64,000 nt of DNA from Clostridiales bacterium (GCA_022508345.1 JAFLVK010000001.1:597841-661840), one strand, 5' to 3'; positions 7,566 through 16,991 are shown, counted from the stretch's first letter. Made by a program: numbers and translations. Notes: a model not told the origin generated them from the sequence alone.

Positions 7566-9665
7566 CTATTCCGAAAATACCTCTATAGAAAATTTATCTA
7601 ATAAATTAAACATTTCAGAGATTTGCCGTGCATAAAATCTTGCTCTTTCTGCACTCAAACAACCTTCTACAAATATTTGTGTATTATCTACTTCGCGCGC
7701 GTCAATTACTTTTTCTCTATCAAAGGTAATGATTGGATCTTTACCTATTGGGTTTCTGCTGGATGTAGCTTTATGTATTGTATGACTCTTTGCTATTTTT
7801 TTGAATAATACCTGATTACTCTTATTGAGTATTTTACAAACCTCTAATAAAAGATCACGCCAAGTATCCACAGGAATTGGTGTACCATCATATATAAGAT
7901 ATTTGATTGATGTACCTGTCACTGAAATATCTAAATCTGATAAAGCGTAAACTCCATTAAAGCTACCATTCTTGCTTTTTGATTGATATTTTCTCTCTCT
8001 TACTAGAGGTGCAGTAATAGCTATACATAATCTATCAGAAACATCGTCATTTCTTTCTTTTATCTGTAATTCTGTCCAATCAGAGTAACTCGAAGCTATT
8101 TCAGATGTAACCGCAAACTGAACGGATTTTAAGTTCTTAATTTTATCTGCCCAAGGTTTATTAGAATTTTTGGAATTATATCCTTGTGATATTGGAGCCA
8201 GATTTCCTATACAGTTAAGGTAATGTTCATAAATTCTATCGGCTTCTAGCTCTCCGCCCAGATTATTAATCCACCAGTCGGTTAGCGTTTGTGGCATCAA
8301 ATGCTCGGTAGTAACTTCATCAATTGGAACAGGAATATTTTTTGTTTCGTATTCTTCTAATTTTAACAAAGCAACGCGCGCATACGGTATGTCGATATGT
8401 TCCATAAGTGCTTGTTTAAATTCGGCATTATCTGGATAACGTCCAGAGGGATTAGCGCTGTTAGAAAGCTCGTAAAGAATTGAATCGTACTCTAAAGGTA
8501 TCTCTCCATTGTTTAGTAGTTCAAGTAAGTTTTGTATGACTGAACGTAAAGCCCCTCCACCACCAGATGGCGAAACAACACGATAGCGCAACATAAAATC
8601 TGATAAAAGATTTAATATTTTGTAGAGTTTACTTTTATCTTTGTCATACAATTTGTTGAACAAATACAAGTACAATGGATATAGGTCATTTGTCTTTAAA
8701 CAATTCAAGTATTTTATTGCATGGTTAAGTTTTTTTGTGGGGCAAGTTTCATTGATAAACCATTCATAATACTTTGATAAGTGATACATTTCCTTCAGAA
8801 TATCCAAATGTGCTGTTCCCGTAGAGTCAAAATGTTCACGGAATGTTTTATATATTTTGTCTCGAGGTATATCACTAAATAGATTTAATATTAGATAGTC
8901 TCTTGCGAACCGTGATATATTGTCATTTTGTATGGTTTGTTCTATCTTGAGCCAATAATCTGTATACAGTAAATCTTGTTCTGTAGATGTGTTAGCCAAT
9001 AATAAATAATTTCGTATCAAATCAGCAGGTTCTAATTGCTTGCCTGTCGAGTTTATCTTTTCAAAAACAGTTTGTACCTTGCTTAAGTCATTGTCAATTT
9101 GTAAATTTACGTCAACGATCTCAAACTTGGCTAATGTGTCGTACAAATCTTGAATTGAAACCTTTGATTCTATTATGCGAGTTTTAAAATACTCGAAATT
9201 AAGAATTGTGTTGTTCTTTTCGTTAGATGTTTGACCATTAATTATCCCAACAAAACAATCAGAATCATATGCTGTTTGCTTTAGTCTTATCCTGTACTTT
9301 TCGTTTTGAGTGCGATTAGTCAAAAAATCAGCAATAATATTCTGACGAATTTCATCGTTATCAGTTAAATCTCTTAATGCGCATAATAAAAGTAGTATGG
9401 TTGTTATTCTTTGTTGTCCATCAACAAGAATATATTCTTGAAAAGTTGCGCCGCTGTTTTGACCTAAGTAATAAACTATATTACCAAGATAATGTGATTT
9501 TTTGTTCTTATATGTTTGGAGTAAGTCATTAAATAACTCTTCACATTGTTGAGTATTCCACTCATAGTTCCTTTGAAAAGGTGGAATAATAAATACTTTG
9601 TTTCTGCCAGAAATAAAATCTAAAATATTAACATCGCTAGCTTTCATAAACGTCTCCTTTTTCAT
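7566..9665 (-). CDS. DUF262/DUF1524 (GmrSD-like, ParB-type NTPase + His-Me nuclease) protein with an extra C-terminal domain
   Basis: 699 aa. N-terminal FIIPPFQRNYEW and LVDGQQRITT (DUF262). Central EHLMPQ...IGNL...NSKNSN (DUF1524/HNH-like). About 170 aa of unassigned C-terminus. Clearly AT-richer than its neighbours. Confidence 0.75.
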   Translation of the reverse strand: MKKETFMKASDVNILDFISGRNKVFIIPPFQRNYEWNTQQCEELFNDLLQTYKNKKSHYLGNIVYYLGQNSGATFQEYILVDGQQRITTILLLLCALRDLTDNDEIRQNIIADFLTNRTQNEKYRIRLKQTAYDSDCFVGIINGQTSNEKNNTILNFEYFKTRIIESKVSIQDLYDTLAKFEIVDVNLQIDNDLSKVQTVFEKINSTGKQLEPADLIRNYLLLANTSTEQDLLYTDYWLKIEQTIQNDNISRFARDYLILNLFSDIPRDKIYKTFREHFDSTGTAHLDILKEMYHLSKYYEWFINETCPTKKLNHAIKYLNCLKTNDLYPLYLYLFNKLYDKDKSKLYKILNLLSDFMLRYRVVSPSGGGGALRSVIQNLLELLNNGEIPLEYDSILYELSNSANPSGRYPDNAEFKQALMEHIDIPYARVALLKLEEYETKNIPVPIDEVTTEHLMPQTLTDWWINNLGGELEADRIYEHYLNCIGNLAPISQGYNSKNSNKPWADKIKNLKSVQFAVTSEIASSYSDWTELQIKERNDDVSDRLCIAITAPLVRERKYQSKSKNGSFNGVYALSDLDISVTGTSIKYLIYDGTPIPVDTWRDLLLEVCKILNKSNQVLFKKIAKSHTIHKATSSRNPIGKDPIITFDREKVIDAREVDNTQIFVEGCLSAERARFYARQISEMFNLLDKFSIEVFSE

Positions 9666-9982
9666 TGGTTAATTGATTTTATTATATCACAAACTTACCA
9701 GAAGGTCTACAAGTATATTTTCTTTAATGGCTAAACAAAGTAGTGTTTAATAATGTATATATATAATATTATTTTGAAGATGAAGACTAATTATTTTTAT
9801 CCTAGGCTGCTTATTATATAGAAACTGTACCATACCATTGAAATAGTGTGGCGCGCTGACTGCATCAGATTTTACAGGCTGTTCTTTCTTTCAAATTTTG
9901 TCTATTTCAGGATTTATGTCCGTGAGTATTATGTAATTTAGTTCAATTAGTGGTATAATAGAATAAGTAACGGAGGTTAATT

Positions 9983-11602
9983 GTGAAAAAATTTACAGTC
10001 ATTGTTCTATTTGTCGTATTGTTATTTACTTTTTCCGCGTGTTCGCTGTTGAATAATACAGGTGGTGGGCAAGGCGACGGAACTACAACGCCCGATTCGG
10101 AGGAAAACTACGAGTTCGGCGACGACATCAGCTACAACAACGACAAGTTCTACGAGGATTACTCGGAGGAGGAAAAGGAACTTTACTACACACTTTGGTC
10201 GGAGAAGACGAAAATCAATATTCAAATTGACATCACTCCATTAGAGCTTGCAAAGATAAACGAAGCAATGGACGACTACACTGCCAATCCGCGCAACACA
10301 GCAAAAGCTGACACTTACCGCAAATGCAACCTCACTATCACAGTAAATGACACGTCCTACTACTACGAAGAGGTGGGTATCCGCATGCGCGGCAACACCT
10401 CGCGCAGATACTTCGCCAATAGCGACGGCACCATTTACGACTTCGTGCATTTTCGCTTTAACCTAACCGAAACATTCGACGGCGAAGAATACGAGAATGG
10501 CGCTTGGGGTAAGGAAGCTTATCACGACTGGAGCGGTGACAAGGCCGGTCGCAAGGCGCGTAAAAATCGCAGCTTTGCCACAATGGAAAAGTTCTACTAC
10601 AAGTGGAACAAGAATTACGACCAAACCTACATTCGCGAAGTTTACGCAAACCGAATGTTCCAGGCTTACGGTATACTTGCCCCGCATATCACGCTTACCC
10701 AAATTCAACTGTTGCAAAATGGCGCAATGGAAAATCTGGGCGTCGGCGGACTGTATGAAACGATAGACAAGGCCTTTATCAAACGCAATTTCGACAAATC
10801 GCGCAAGGGTGGGGATCTTTACAAGTGCAGTTGGGGTGCAGACTTCACGTCGTATTCCGGCAAGTGTGGTGTGGAAACAGCAACGCATGCATATACCTAT
10901 GCGTTGAAAACCAACGACGACACAACCTCGGAAGATTACAACAACCACGAATATCTCAAAGCGTTTATCGATATGTTGAGAAACAGGCAAAATACCAGGG
11001 GCTTCAAAACCAAACTTGAGGCGATGGTGGATATGAACTACTTTACACGTTTTGAGGCTGTAAACTATCTGCTTGGCAATCCCGATTGTATCCGCAACAA
11101 CTGCAACAACTTCTACATTTACTTTGTACCTGTTGAGGGCGAAGATAAATCGACAAGTAAGGCGTACATCATTCCGTACGATTACGACCGTTGCTTGGGC
11201 GCGGATGTGGATTGGAACCCCAAAGAGGACAGCATGGTCAACGCCAAGCCCTACGACAAAAACGGCAGTATTGAATGTAACAATCCGCTTTACACCAAGA
11301 CCATCTTGAACGGCGGACTGGCTGAATACAAGGCAATGTACAAGTCTAAAATACAGCAAGTGCTTAACGGTAATTGGTTCAAGTACGAAACATACAAAAA
11401 GTTGTTCAACGCGTACAAGGCAAATTACAGCAGTGTGGCAATGCCCTCGGAGGCAATAATTGCTCAATGCGGCAATCATATCCGAATGGACCGCTTTGTG
11501 TTTAGTGAAACGGAAAGCAGCGACATTAACCGCAGCGACGTCAACCTGACCGTCAAGCTGTATATGGAACAAAAACGCCACACGGCAACTACAAGCATGT
11601 AA
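9983..11602 (+). CDS. CotH-family (atypical kinase-like) secreted lipoprotein
   Basis: 539 aa with a GTG start. Lipobox FSAC. Motifs GIRMRGNTSR and IIPYDYDRCLG are typical of CotH. Confidence 0.65.
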   Translation: MKKFTVIVLFVVLLFTFSACSLLNNTGGGQGDGTTTPDSEENYEFGDDISYNNDKFYEDYSEEEKELYYTLWSEKTKINIQIDITPLELAKINEAMDDYTANPRNTAKADTYRKCNLTITVNDTSYYYEEVGIRMRGNTSRRYFANSDGTIYDFVHFRFNLTETFDGEEYENGAWGKEAYHDWSGDKAGRKARKNRSFATMEKFYYKWNKNYDQTYIREVYANRMFQAYGILAPHITLTQIQLLQNGAMENLGVGGLYETIDKAFIKRNFDKSRKGGDLYKCSWGADFTSYSGKCGVETATHAYTYALKTNDDTTSEDYNNHEYLKAFIDMLRNRQNTRGFKTKLEAMVDMNYFTRFEAVNYLLGNPDCIRNNCNNFYIYFVPVEGEDKSTSKAYIIPYDYDRCLGADVDWNPKEDSMVNAKPYDKNGSIECNNPLYTKTILNGGLAEYKAMYKSKIQQVLNGNWFKYETYKKLFNAYKANYSSVAMPSEAIIAQCGNHIRMDRFVFSETESSDINRSDVNLTVKLYMEQKRHTATTSM

Positions 11603-11705
11603 CGCCCTGCTTGGTAAGTGACAAAAATATTATTTGTATTTTATTTCTCGCAGTTTTTTGTAGCTTAGTTTTGTGTATACTAAAGGTGTAAAACAGGAGG
11701 TAGAT

Positions 11706-11888
11706 ATGAAAACTAAGGTAAACGAAGATTGCATTGGTTGCGGAATGTGTGTGGAAGTGTGCCCCGAGGTGTTTGAAATAAACGGGGACGGAATGTCGCA
11801 TGTGGTGGGTGATCCCGACGCTTGCGCCGACCAAACCCTTCAAGCTGCTGAAATATGCCCCGTTAACGCCATAGAAGTGCAACAATAA
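11706..11888 (+). CDS. small 4Fe-4S ferredoxin
   Basis: 60 aa starting at an ATG preceded by aggagg. Motifs CIGCGMCVEVCP and a distal ICP. Confidence 0.8.
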   Translation: MKTKVNEDCIGCGMCVEVCPEVFEINGDGMSHVVGDPDACADQTLQAAEICPVNAIEVQQ

Positions 11889-11919
11889 TGTTTTTATGAT
11901 AGACAAAGCATTATGACAG

Positions 11920-11935
11920 ACATACTATATGTTGT
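11920..11935. promoter_or_regulatory. NrdR box 1
   Basis: acatactatatgttgt, a 16-bp near-palindrome matching the acaCwAtATaTwGtgt type. Confidence 0.6.
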
Positions 11936-11953
11936 GGCAAAAGTGAAAAAATA

Positions 11954-11969
11954 ACACAATATATTGTGT
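11954..11969. promoter_or_regulatory. NrdR box 2
   Basis: acacaatatattgtgt, a perfect 16-bp palindrome. Its centre is 34 bp from box 1 and it abuts the -35 element. Confidence 0.7.
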
Positions 11970-11977
11970 TTATATCG

Positions 11978-12006
11978 TTGACATATAGTGCGAAGTGTAA
12001 TACAAT
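11978..12006 (+). promoter_or_regulatory. nrdD promoter
   Basis: TTGACA, 17-nt spacer, TACAAT. Confidence 0.65.
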
Positions 12007-12042
12007 AGTAGCACTCCCATTTGGGGGCAACACGAGAATAGA

Positions 12043-12079
12043 ACCGACGTTTTAGCTACGAACTAAATGTCGGTTTTTG
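12043..12079 (+). promoter_or_regulatory. terminator-like hairpin in the nrdD 5' leader (possible attenuator)
   Basis: About 12-bp stem accgacgtttt-ag/ctaaatgtcggt with one wobble and one bulge, followed by TTTTT. Lies about 30 nt upstream of the nrdD ATG. Confidence 0.45.
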
Positions 12080-12109
12080 CCACCTTTTTGGGGAATACGG
12101 AGGAGAACT

Positions 12110-14473
12110 ATGTATCAAGTAAGAAAGAGAAACGGTCAAATTATCGATTTTAAGCTTTCTAAAATCAGCCAAGCAATCACGGCTGCTTTTGAAGGAGAAG
12201 AAAAGCCCTACAGCTCTGACGTTATCGACATGCTGTCGCTAAAGGTTACGGCAGACTTCATGGACAAGGTCAACAACGGCATCGTATCCGTTGAGGACAT
12301 TCAGGACAGTGTGGAGACGGTGCTTATTCAAGCCGGCTACGCCGACATTGCCAAGGCGTACATACTGTACCGCAAGACGCATGAAAACGCTCGTAAGGCA
12401 GGCGAGACCTTCCTTGATTACAAATCCGTAGTGGACAACTATCTAAAGATTGCCGACTGGCGCGTAAAGGAAAACAGTACCGTTACCTATTCGGTGGGAG
12501 GCTTGATTCTCAGCAACAGTGGCGCAATCACAGCTAACTACTGGCTCAGCGAAGTGTACGACGAGGAAATTGCCAATGCTCACCGCAGCGGTGCAATTCA
12601 CCTGCACGACCTCAGCATGCTTTCCGGATATTGCGCAGGCTGGTCGTTAAAGCAGCTCATCCAAGAGGGTCTTGGCGGTGTGGACAGCAAGATTACCTCC
12701 GCCCCTGCAAAGCACCTTGCAACGCTGTGCAACCAGATGGTAAACTTCATCGGTATCATGGCAAACGAATGGGCAGGCGCTCAGGCGTTCAGCTCCTTTG
12801 ATACATATCTTGCACCCTTTGTAAAGGCAGACAACCTCAGCTACGACGAAACAAAGAAGTGCATCGAATCTTTCATATACGGCGTAAATATCCCCGGACG
12901 TTGGGGTACACAGGCACCATTCAGTAACATCACGCTGGACTGGACTGTACCCGATGACCTTGCCGAACTCAACTGTATTGTAGGCGGTAAGGAAATGCCC
13001 TTCAAGTACAAGGACTGCAAACGCGAAATGGACATGGTAAACAAGGCGTTTATCGAAACCATGATTGAGGGCGACTACAACGGACGCGGCTTCCAATACC
13101 CCATCCCCACCTATTCCATCACCAAAGATTTCGACTGGAGCGAAACGGAAAACAACAAGCTGCTGTTTGAAATGACGGCTAAGTACGGTGCGCCGTATTT
13201 TTCCAACTACATCAACAGCGACATGCAACCCAGCGACGTTCGTAGTATGTGCTGCCGTTTGCGTCTTGACTTGCGCGAACTGCGCAAAAAGTCCGGCGGT
13301 TTCTTCGGAAGCGGTGAAAACACAGGTTCTGTGGGCGTTGTAACAATCAACATGCCCCGCATTGCATATCTAAGCAAGGACGAGACGGAATTTTTCAAGC
13401 GTCTGGACAAGATGATGGACATCTCCGCCCGCTCACTCAAGATCAAGCGTACAACTGTGACCAAGCTTATGGAAGCAGGCTTGTATCCGTACACAAAACG
13501 CTACCTTGGCACATTTGACAGCCATTTCTCTACAATCGGCTTGGTGGGCATGAACGAAGCTTGCCTCAATGCTAAATGGCTTGCTTGCAACCTTGTGGAC
13601 AAGCGCGCACAAGAATTCACCAAAAAGGTGTTGAACCACATGCGTGAGCGCCTAAGCGACTACCAGGAAAAGTACGGCGACTTGTACAACCTGGAAGCAA
13701 CCCCTGCCGAAAGCACATCCTACCGCTTGGCAAAGCACGATGCAAAGCTGTACCCGGATATGATTTTCGCAAGCAAAAAGGGCGAAACTCCCTACTACAC
13801 AAACAGCTCGCACCTGCCCGTAAGCTACACGGCAGACGCATTCGACGCGTTGGATATTCAGGACGAATTGCAAACGCTGTACACGTCAGGTACGGTATTC
13901 CACACATTCCTCGGTGAACGCTTGCCCGATTGGAAGTCGGCAATGAAGCTTGTGCGCACAATTGCTGAGAACTACCGTCTTCCCTACTACACAATGTCGC
14001 CCACCTATTCCGTATGCTCCGAACACGGCTACCTTGTAGGCGAACAGTACGAGTGTCCGCACTGCCACAAGAAGACGGAAGTGTACTCGCGTATCACAGG
14101 CTACTACCGTCCCGTACAAAACTGGAACGACGGCAAGGCTCAGGAATGGAAGGAACGCAGAACCTACAAGCCCGACCAAAGCACGTTGAAGAAATGCCTG
14201 TTTACCCACGAAGAAGAACAGGTTAAAGAGCAAGTAAGCATTGCAAAGCCCATTTTGTTCGTTCAGGACAACTGCCCTAACTGCAAGATGGCAGAGCTGA
14301 TGCTGGGTAAAGCCGGCGTTGACATCGAAGAGGTAAACGCAATGCAAAATGCCGAGTTATCCAAGAAATTTGCAGTAAAACTCACTCCCACGTTAGTAGT
14401 TCAAGAGGGCGACAGCTACAAGGTGTACGAAAACGCAAGTAACGTACGCAAGTATATTGAGAGTGTTAAATAG
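12110..14473 (+). CDS. nrdD: anaerobic (class III) ribonucleoside-triphosphate reductase with a fused C-terminal thioredoxin-fold CxxC domain
   Basis: 787 aa from the ATG after ggaggag. N-terminal ATP-cone, GAIHLHDL, CCRLRLD, Zn site CSEHG..CPHC, glycyl-radical motif SRITGYY. An extra tail carries CPNC (Cys codon at 14273) in an ILFVQDNCPNCK...TPTLVV context. Confidence 0.9.
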   Translation: MYQVRKRNGQIIDFKLSKISQAITAAFEGEEKPYSSDVIDMLSLKVTADFMDKVNNGIVSVEDIQDSVETVLIQAGYADIAKAYILYRKTHENARKAGETFLDYKSVVDNYLKIADWRVKENSTVTYSVGGLILSNSGAITANYWLSEVYDEEIANAHRSGAIHLHDLSMLSGYCAGWSLKQLIQEGLGGVDSKITSAPAKHLATLCNQMVNFIGIMANEWAGAQAFSSFDTYLAPFVKADNLSYDETKKCIESFIYGVNIPGRWGTQAPFSNITLDWTVPDDLAELNCIVGGKEMPFKYKDCKREMDMVNKAFIETMIEGDYNGRGFQYPIPTYSITKDFDWSETENNKLLFEMTAKYGAPYFSNYINSDMQPSDVRSMCCRLRLDLRELRKKSGGFFGSGENTGSVGVVTINMPRIAYLSKDETEFFKRLDKMMDISARSLKIKRTTVTKLMEAGLYPYTKRYLGTFDSHFSTIGLVGMNEACLNAKWLACNLVDKRAQEFTKKVLNHMRERLSDYQEKYGDLYNLEATPAESTSYRLAKHDAKLYPDMIFASKKGETPYYTNSSHLPVSYTADAFDALDIQDELQTLYTSGTVFHTFLGERLPDWKSAMKLVRTIAENYRLPYYTMSPTYSVCSEHGYLVGEQYECPHCHKKTEVYSRITGYYRPVQNWNDGKAQEWKERRTYKPDQSTLKKCLFTHEEEQVKEQVSIAKPILFVQDNCPNCKMAELMLGKAGVDIEEVNAMQNAELSKKFAVKLTPTLVVQEGDSYKVYENASNVRKYIESVK

Positions 14474-14481
14474 GTATTAAG

Positions 14482-15387
14482 ATGTATGATATCGTAGTTA
14501 TTGGCGGTGGACCTGCGGGTCTAACCGCCTCGCTATATGCGGCGCGTGCCGGCAAGAGCGTAATGCTACTTGAAGCAAACGCTTTCGGCGGGCAGATAGC
14601 CACAGCGCCAAGAGTGGAAAATTACCCATCTGTTGCAGAAACGACAGGCGCACAGCTAGCCGACAAAATGTTTGAGCAAGCAGTGTCGCACGGCGTGGAA
14701 TTTGACATGGGCACTGCTAACATAGAAAAGACTGATTTCGGTTTTAGGGTTACTACCGAATATTCAACCTACGACTGCCTGTCGGTGGTAATATCCACGG
14801 GTGTATCCCACAAAAAGCTGGGGCTAGCAAGTGAAGAAAAGCTAGCCGGTAACGGTGTGTGCTACTGTGCCGTATGCGACGGAGCATTTTACGCTAACAA
14901 GCCCGTATGTGTGGTGGGTGACGGCAACAGTGCAGCTCAGTATGCGCTGTACCTTGCGGAAATTTGCAGTGAGGTTCACCTGCTCACCATGTTCGACAAG
15001 CTGTTTTGCGACAGGGAACTGACAGACAGAATAGTTGCCAATGACAAAATCAACTGGGTACAAAATGTTACCGTTAGCGAGATTTTGGGCGAAAGCAATG
15101 TGGAGGGCGTAGTGTACCGTGATAGCGACGGTGCAATCACCTACCTTGATTTGGAGGCGGTTTTCGTTGCGATAGGGCAGGTTCCGCACAATACACAGTT
15201 TGCCCCTCTTGTGCAACTGGACGAGAAAGGCTACATTGTTGCAGGCGAAGACTGCAAAACCGACTGTGAGGGAATATTTGTTGCGGGCGACTGTCGCACC
15301 AAGAAGGTACGCCAATGCACAACAGCCGTCGGCGACGGTGCGGTAGCGGGTTTTTCCGCCGCAATGTATGTAGACAAGTTAAGTTGA
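14482..15387 (+). CDS. thioredoxin-reductase-like flavoprotein lacking the NADPH HRRxxxR signature
   Basis: 301 aa. GGGPAG FAD motif and CAVCDG redox disulfide. The second nucleotide site is VGDGNSA, followed by VHLLTMFDKLFCD where E. coli TrxB has VHLIHRRDGFRAE. Confidence 0.8.
   Translation: MYDIVVIGGGPAGLTASLYAARAGKSVMLLEANAFGGQIATAPRVENYPSVAETTGAQLADKMFEQAVSHGVEFDMGTANIEKTDFGFRVTTEYSTYDCLSVVISTGVSHKKLGLASEEKLAGNGVCYCAVCDGAFYANKPVCVVGDGNSAAQYALYLAEICSEVHLLTMFDKLFCDRELTDRIVANDKINWVQNVTVSEILGESNVEGVVYRDSDGAITYLDLEAVFVAIGQVPHNTQFAPLVQLDEKGYIVAGEDCKTDCEGIFVAGDCRTKKVRQCTTAVGDGAVAGFSAAMYVDKLS
15329..15384 (+). repeat. direct repeat DR1a (3' end of trxB-like gene)
   Basis: 56 bp, 55/56 identical to 17019-17074. 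Confidence 0.95.
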
Positions 15388-15411
15388 ACTAACACAAGCC
15401 AGTTCGTCGCA

Positions 15412-15433
15412 GAGAGTACAAAAACTACCGTCG
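15412..15433 (+). repeat. terminal inverted repeat, left (TIR-L) of the AbiH cassette
   Basis: gagagtacaaaaactaccgtcg. Its reverse complement matches 16993-17020 (14-bp perfect core gtttttgtactctc plus cgacggt, with an indel). Confidence 0.75.
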
Positions 15434-15510
15434 TGAGACTGGCGCAAAAGTAAATAAGGAATTATTAAGGACCTTGTGCAAACAGGGCCCTTTTTCTATA
15501 TTTAATACTA

Positions 15511-15554
15511 AATATGGGCCTGCGCGGGGTTGTCCGGCCTTGCGGACTGGGTGC
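15511..15554 (+). repeat. direct repeat DR2a
   Basis: aatatgggc[ctgcgcgggg]ttgtccggccttgcggactgggtgc. It matches 16958-16991 except for the bracketed 10-nt insertion and contains the hairpin gtccg/cggac. Confidence 0.85.
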
Positions 15555-15575
15555 TCAAAGTTGTTACCTTGAATA

Positions 15576-15604
15576 TTGACAATGGTTTTAATAGCCATTA
15601 TAAT
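15576..15604 (+). promoter_or_regulatory. consensus promoter of the abiH-like gene
   Basis: TTGACA, 17-nt spacer, TATAAT. Confidence 0.65.
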
Positions 15605-15641
15605 ATTGAGGGATTATACACAAAGGAGATTGGGTATACGA

Positions 15642-16889
15642 ATGACATCACAACTTCTTATTTTAGGAAATGGTTTTGACCTTCAATGTGGATTGAAGTC
15701 CAGTTACAAAGACTTTTTTCGTCAAGCAATACTTTATGCAATTACTGAAAGATTTGGTCTTGCACAAATGAAGTACGGAGTTGCAGGTTTTTGGGAAAAT
15801 TTATTGTATGAATACTATAAGAAATATGATAATGATGATTATAAATGGTGTGACATCGAAAGTATAATTAAAAATACACTTTGGGACATGGGGCTTGGGA
15901 AAAAAAATACAGACGGTATTGTGAAAAATATATTGGACTGTGTAAACAACAAATGTTTTCCAAACTATGACTCTACAAAAGATTCAATAGAGCTATTTCT
16001 GTCAAAATACTGCTTCAATTTCTTTATCAAACTTTCTCCAAGGCACAAAGTATGCAGCGACCAAGAAAAAGTACGATTACTTATAGAACGCCTATTGTTA
16101 GAGTTAAATAATTTTGAAAGACGGTTCTGTAAATATATTAAGAATAATATTGTAAACCAAAAAAACGGAGAAGAAATAAATGAAGGATATATTATCAATG
16201 CTGTTAATTTGCTTGCAAAACTTACGGGGTTTTCTAACAATGTATTTAAAAGTATTAATAACATAATTAGAGAAGAAAGAAGATACTACGAAGAAGAACA
16301 TCAGCGTGCGACAGTTGCTGGTTTCAAGAACATAAACGTATTGAAGGAAGAATTTACCAAAGTTAAAAATATACATATCTTAAGCTTTAATTACACGGCG
16401 CTTTTTGATATATTAGGCGTTCCAAGTCCATGGGTATATAGTAATGTGCACGGTAAACTATGCAATGAATTGTGTTCTGAAAATTGTCTTTCTTCAAGTA
16501 TTATATTTGGAATTGACGACAAGTTAATACAGTCACAAAGTGAATACAATGACTTGCGAGTATTTAGTAAAACCTATAGAAAGATGTTTAATACAAGTTC
16601 ACCCGAAAGCGTATTGCCAAACAACGATGAAACAGTAGACATTAAGTTTTACGGGCACTCGCTTAGTGAAGCAGATTACTCCTATTTTCAGAGTATTTTT
16701 GACTATTACAATTTATATGGAAATAGTAGCGTAAGTCTATATTTCTATTATTCGGAGAATTATGACCCCACCGATGCGGTTTATCGGCTGATAAATGAAT
16801 ATGGTAAAACCTTGACAAACAAAGACCAAGGCAAAAATTTGATGCACAAATTGTTATTAGAAAATAGAATTAATATACAAAAAATATAA
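15642..16889 (+). CDS. AbiH-family abortive-infection protein
   Basis: 415 aa from the ATG. The N-terminus LLILGNGFDLQCGLKSSYKDFF is the characteristic AbiH start. AT-rich relative to its flanks. Confidence 0.75.
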   Translation: MTSQLLILGNGFDLQCGLKSSYKDFFRQAILYAITERFGLAQMKYGVAGFWENLLYEYYKKYDNDDYKWCDIESIIKNTLWDMGLGKKNTDGIVKNILDCVNNKCFPNYDSTKDSIELFLSKYCFNFFIKLSPRHKVCSDQEKVRLLIERLLLELNNFERRFCKYIKNNIVNQKNGEEINEGYIINAVNLLAKLTGFSNNVFKSINNIIREERRYYEEEHQRATVAGFKNINVLKEEFTKVKNIHILSFNYTALFDILGVPSPWVYSNVHGKLCNELCSENCLSSSIIFGIDDKLIQSQSEYNDLRVFSKTYRKMFNTSSPESVLPNNDETVDIKFYGHSLSEADYSYFQSIFDYYNLYGNSSVSLYFYYSENYDPTDAVYRLINEYGKTLTNKDQGKNLMHKLLLENRINIQKI

Positions 16890-16957
16890 TTTAAACAGCG
16901 TACTTTTAATATAAAATGCGGTATAATACGCTTACAAGGTACAGTTAACTATGTAGG

Positions 16958-16991
16958 AATATGGGCTTGTCCGGCCTTGCGGACTGGGTGC
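16958..16991 (+). repeat. direct repeat DR2b
   Basis: Matches DR2a without the 10-nt insertion. Confidence 0.85.

Noticed and set aside
7511-9982. Calling the DUF262 islet an intact integrative element or prophage.
   Set aside because: No integrase, no phage genes and no right-end repeat are present. It is reported only as a compositional islet.
11890-12109. Cobalamin riboswitch upstream of nrdD.
   Set aside because: The leader is only about 100 nt with no B12-box-like sequence. NrdR boxes and a simple hairpin explain the region better.
12077-12109. Upstream alternative starts in the ORF track. Examples are nrdD at 12077, abiH at 15576, the 808-aa protein at 35431, the SBP at 57402 and mgtC at 44392.
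   Set aside because: Internal ATGs are preceded by good AGGAGG-type RBSs and give canonical N-termini (ATP-cone, AbiH LGNGFD start, signal peptides). The upstream extensions overlap promoters or hairpins.
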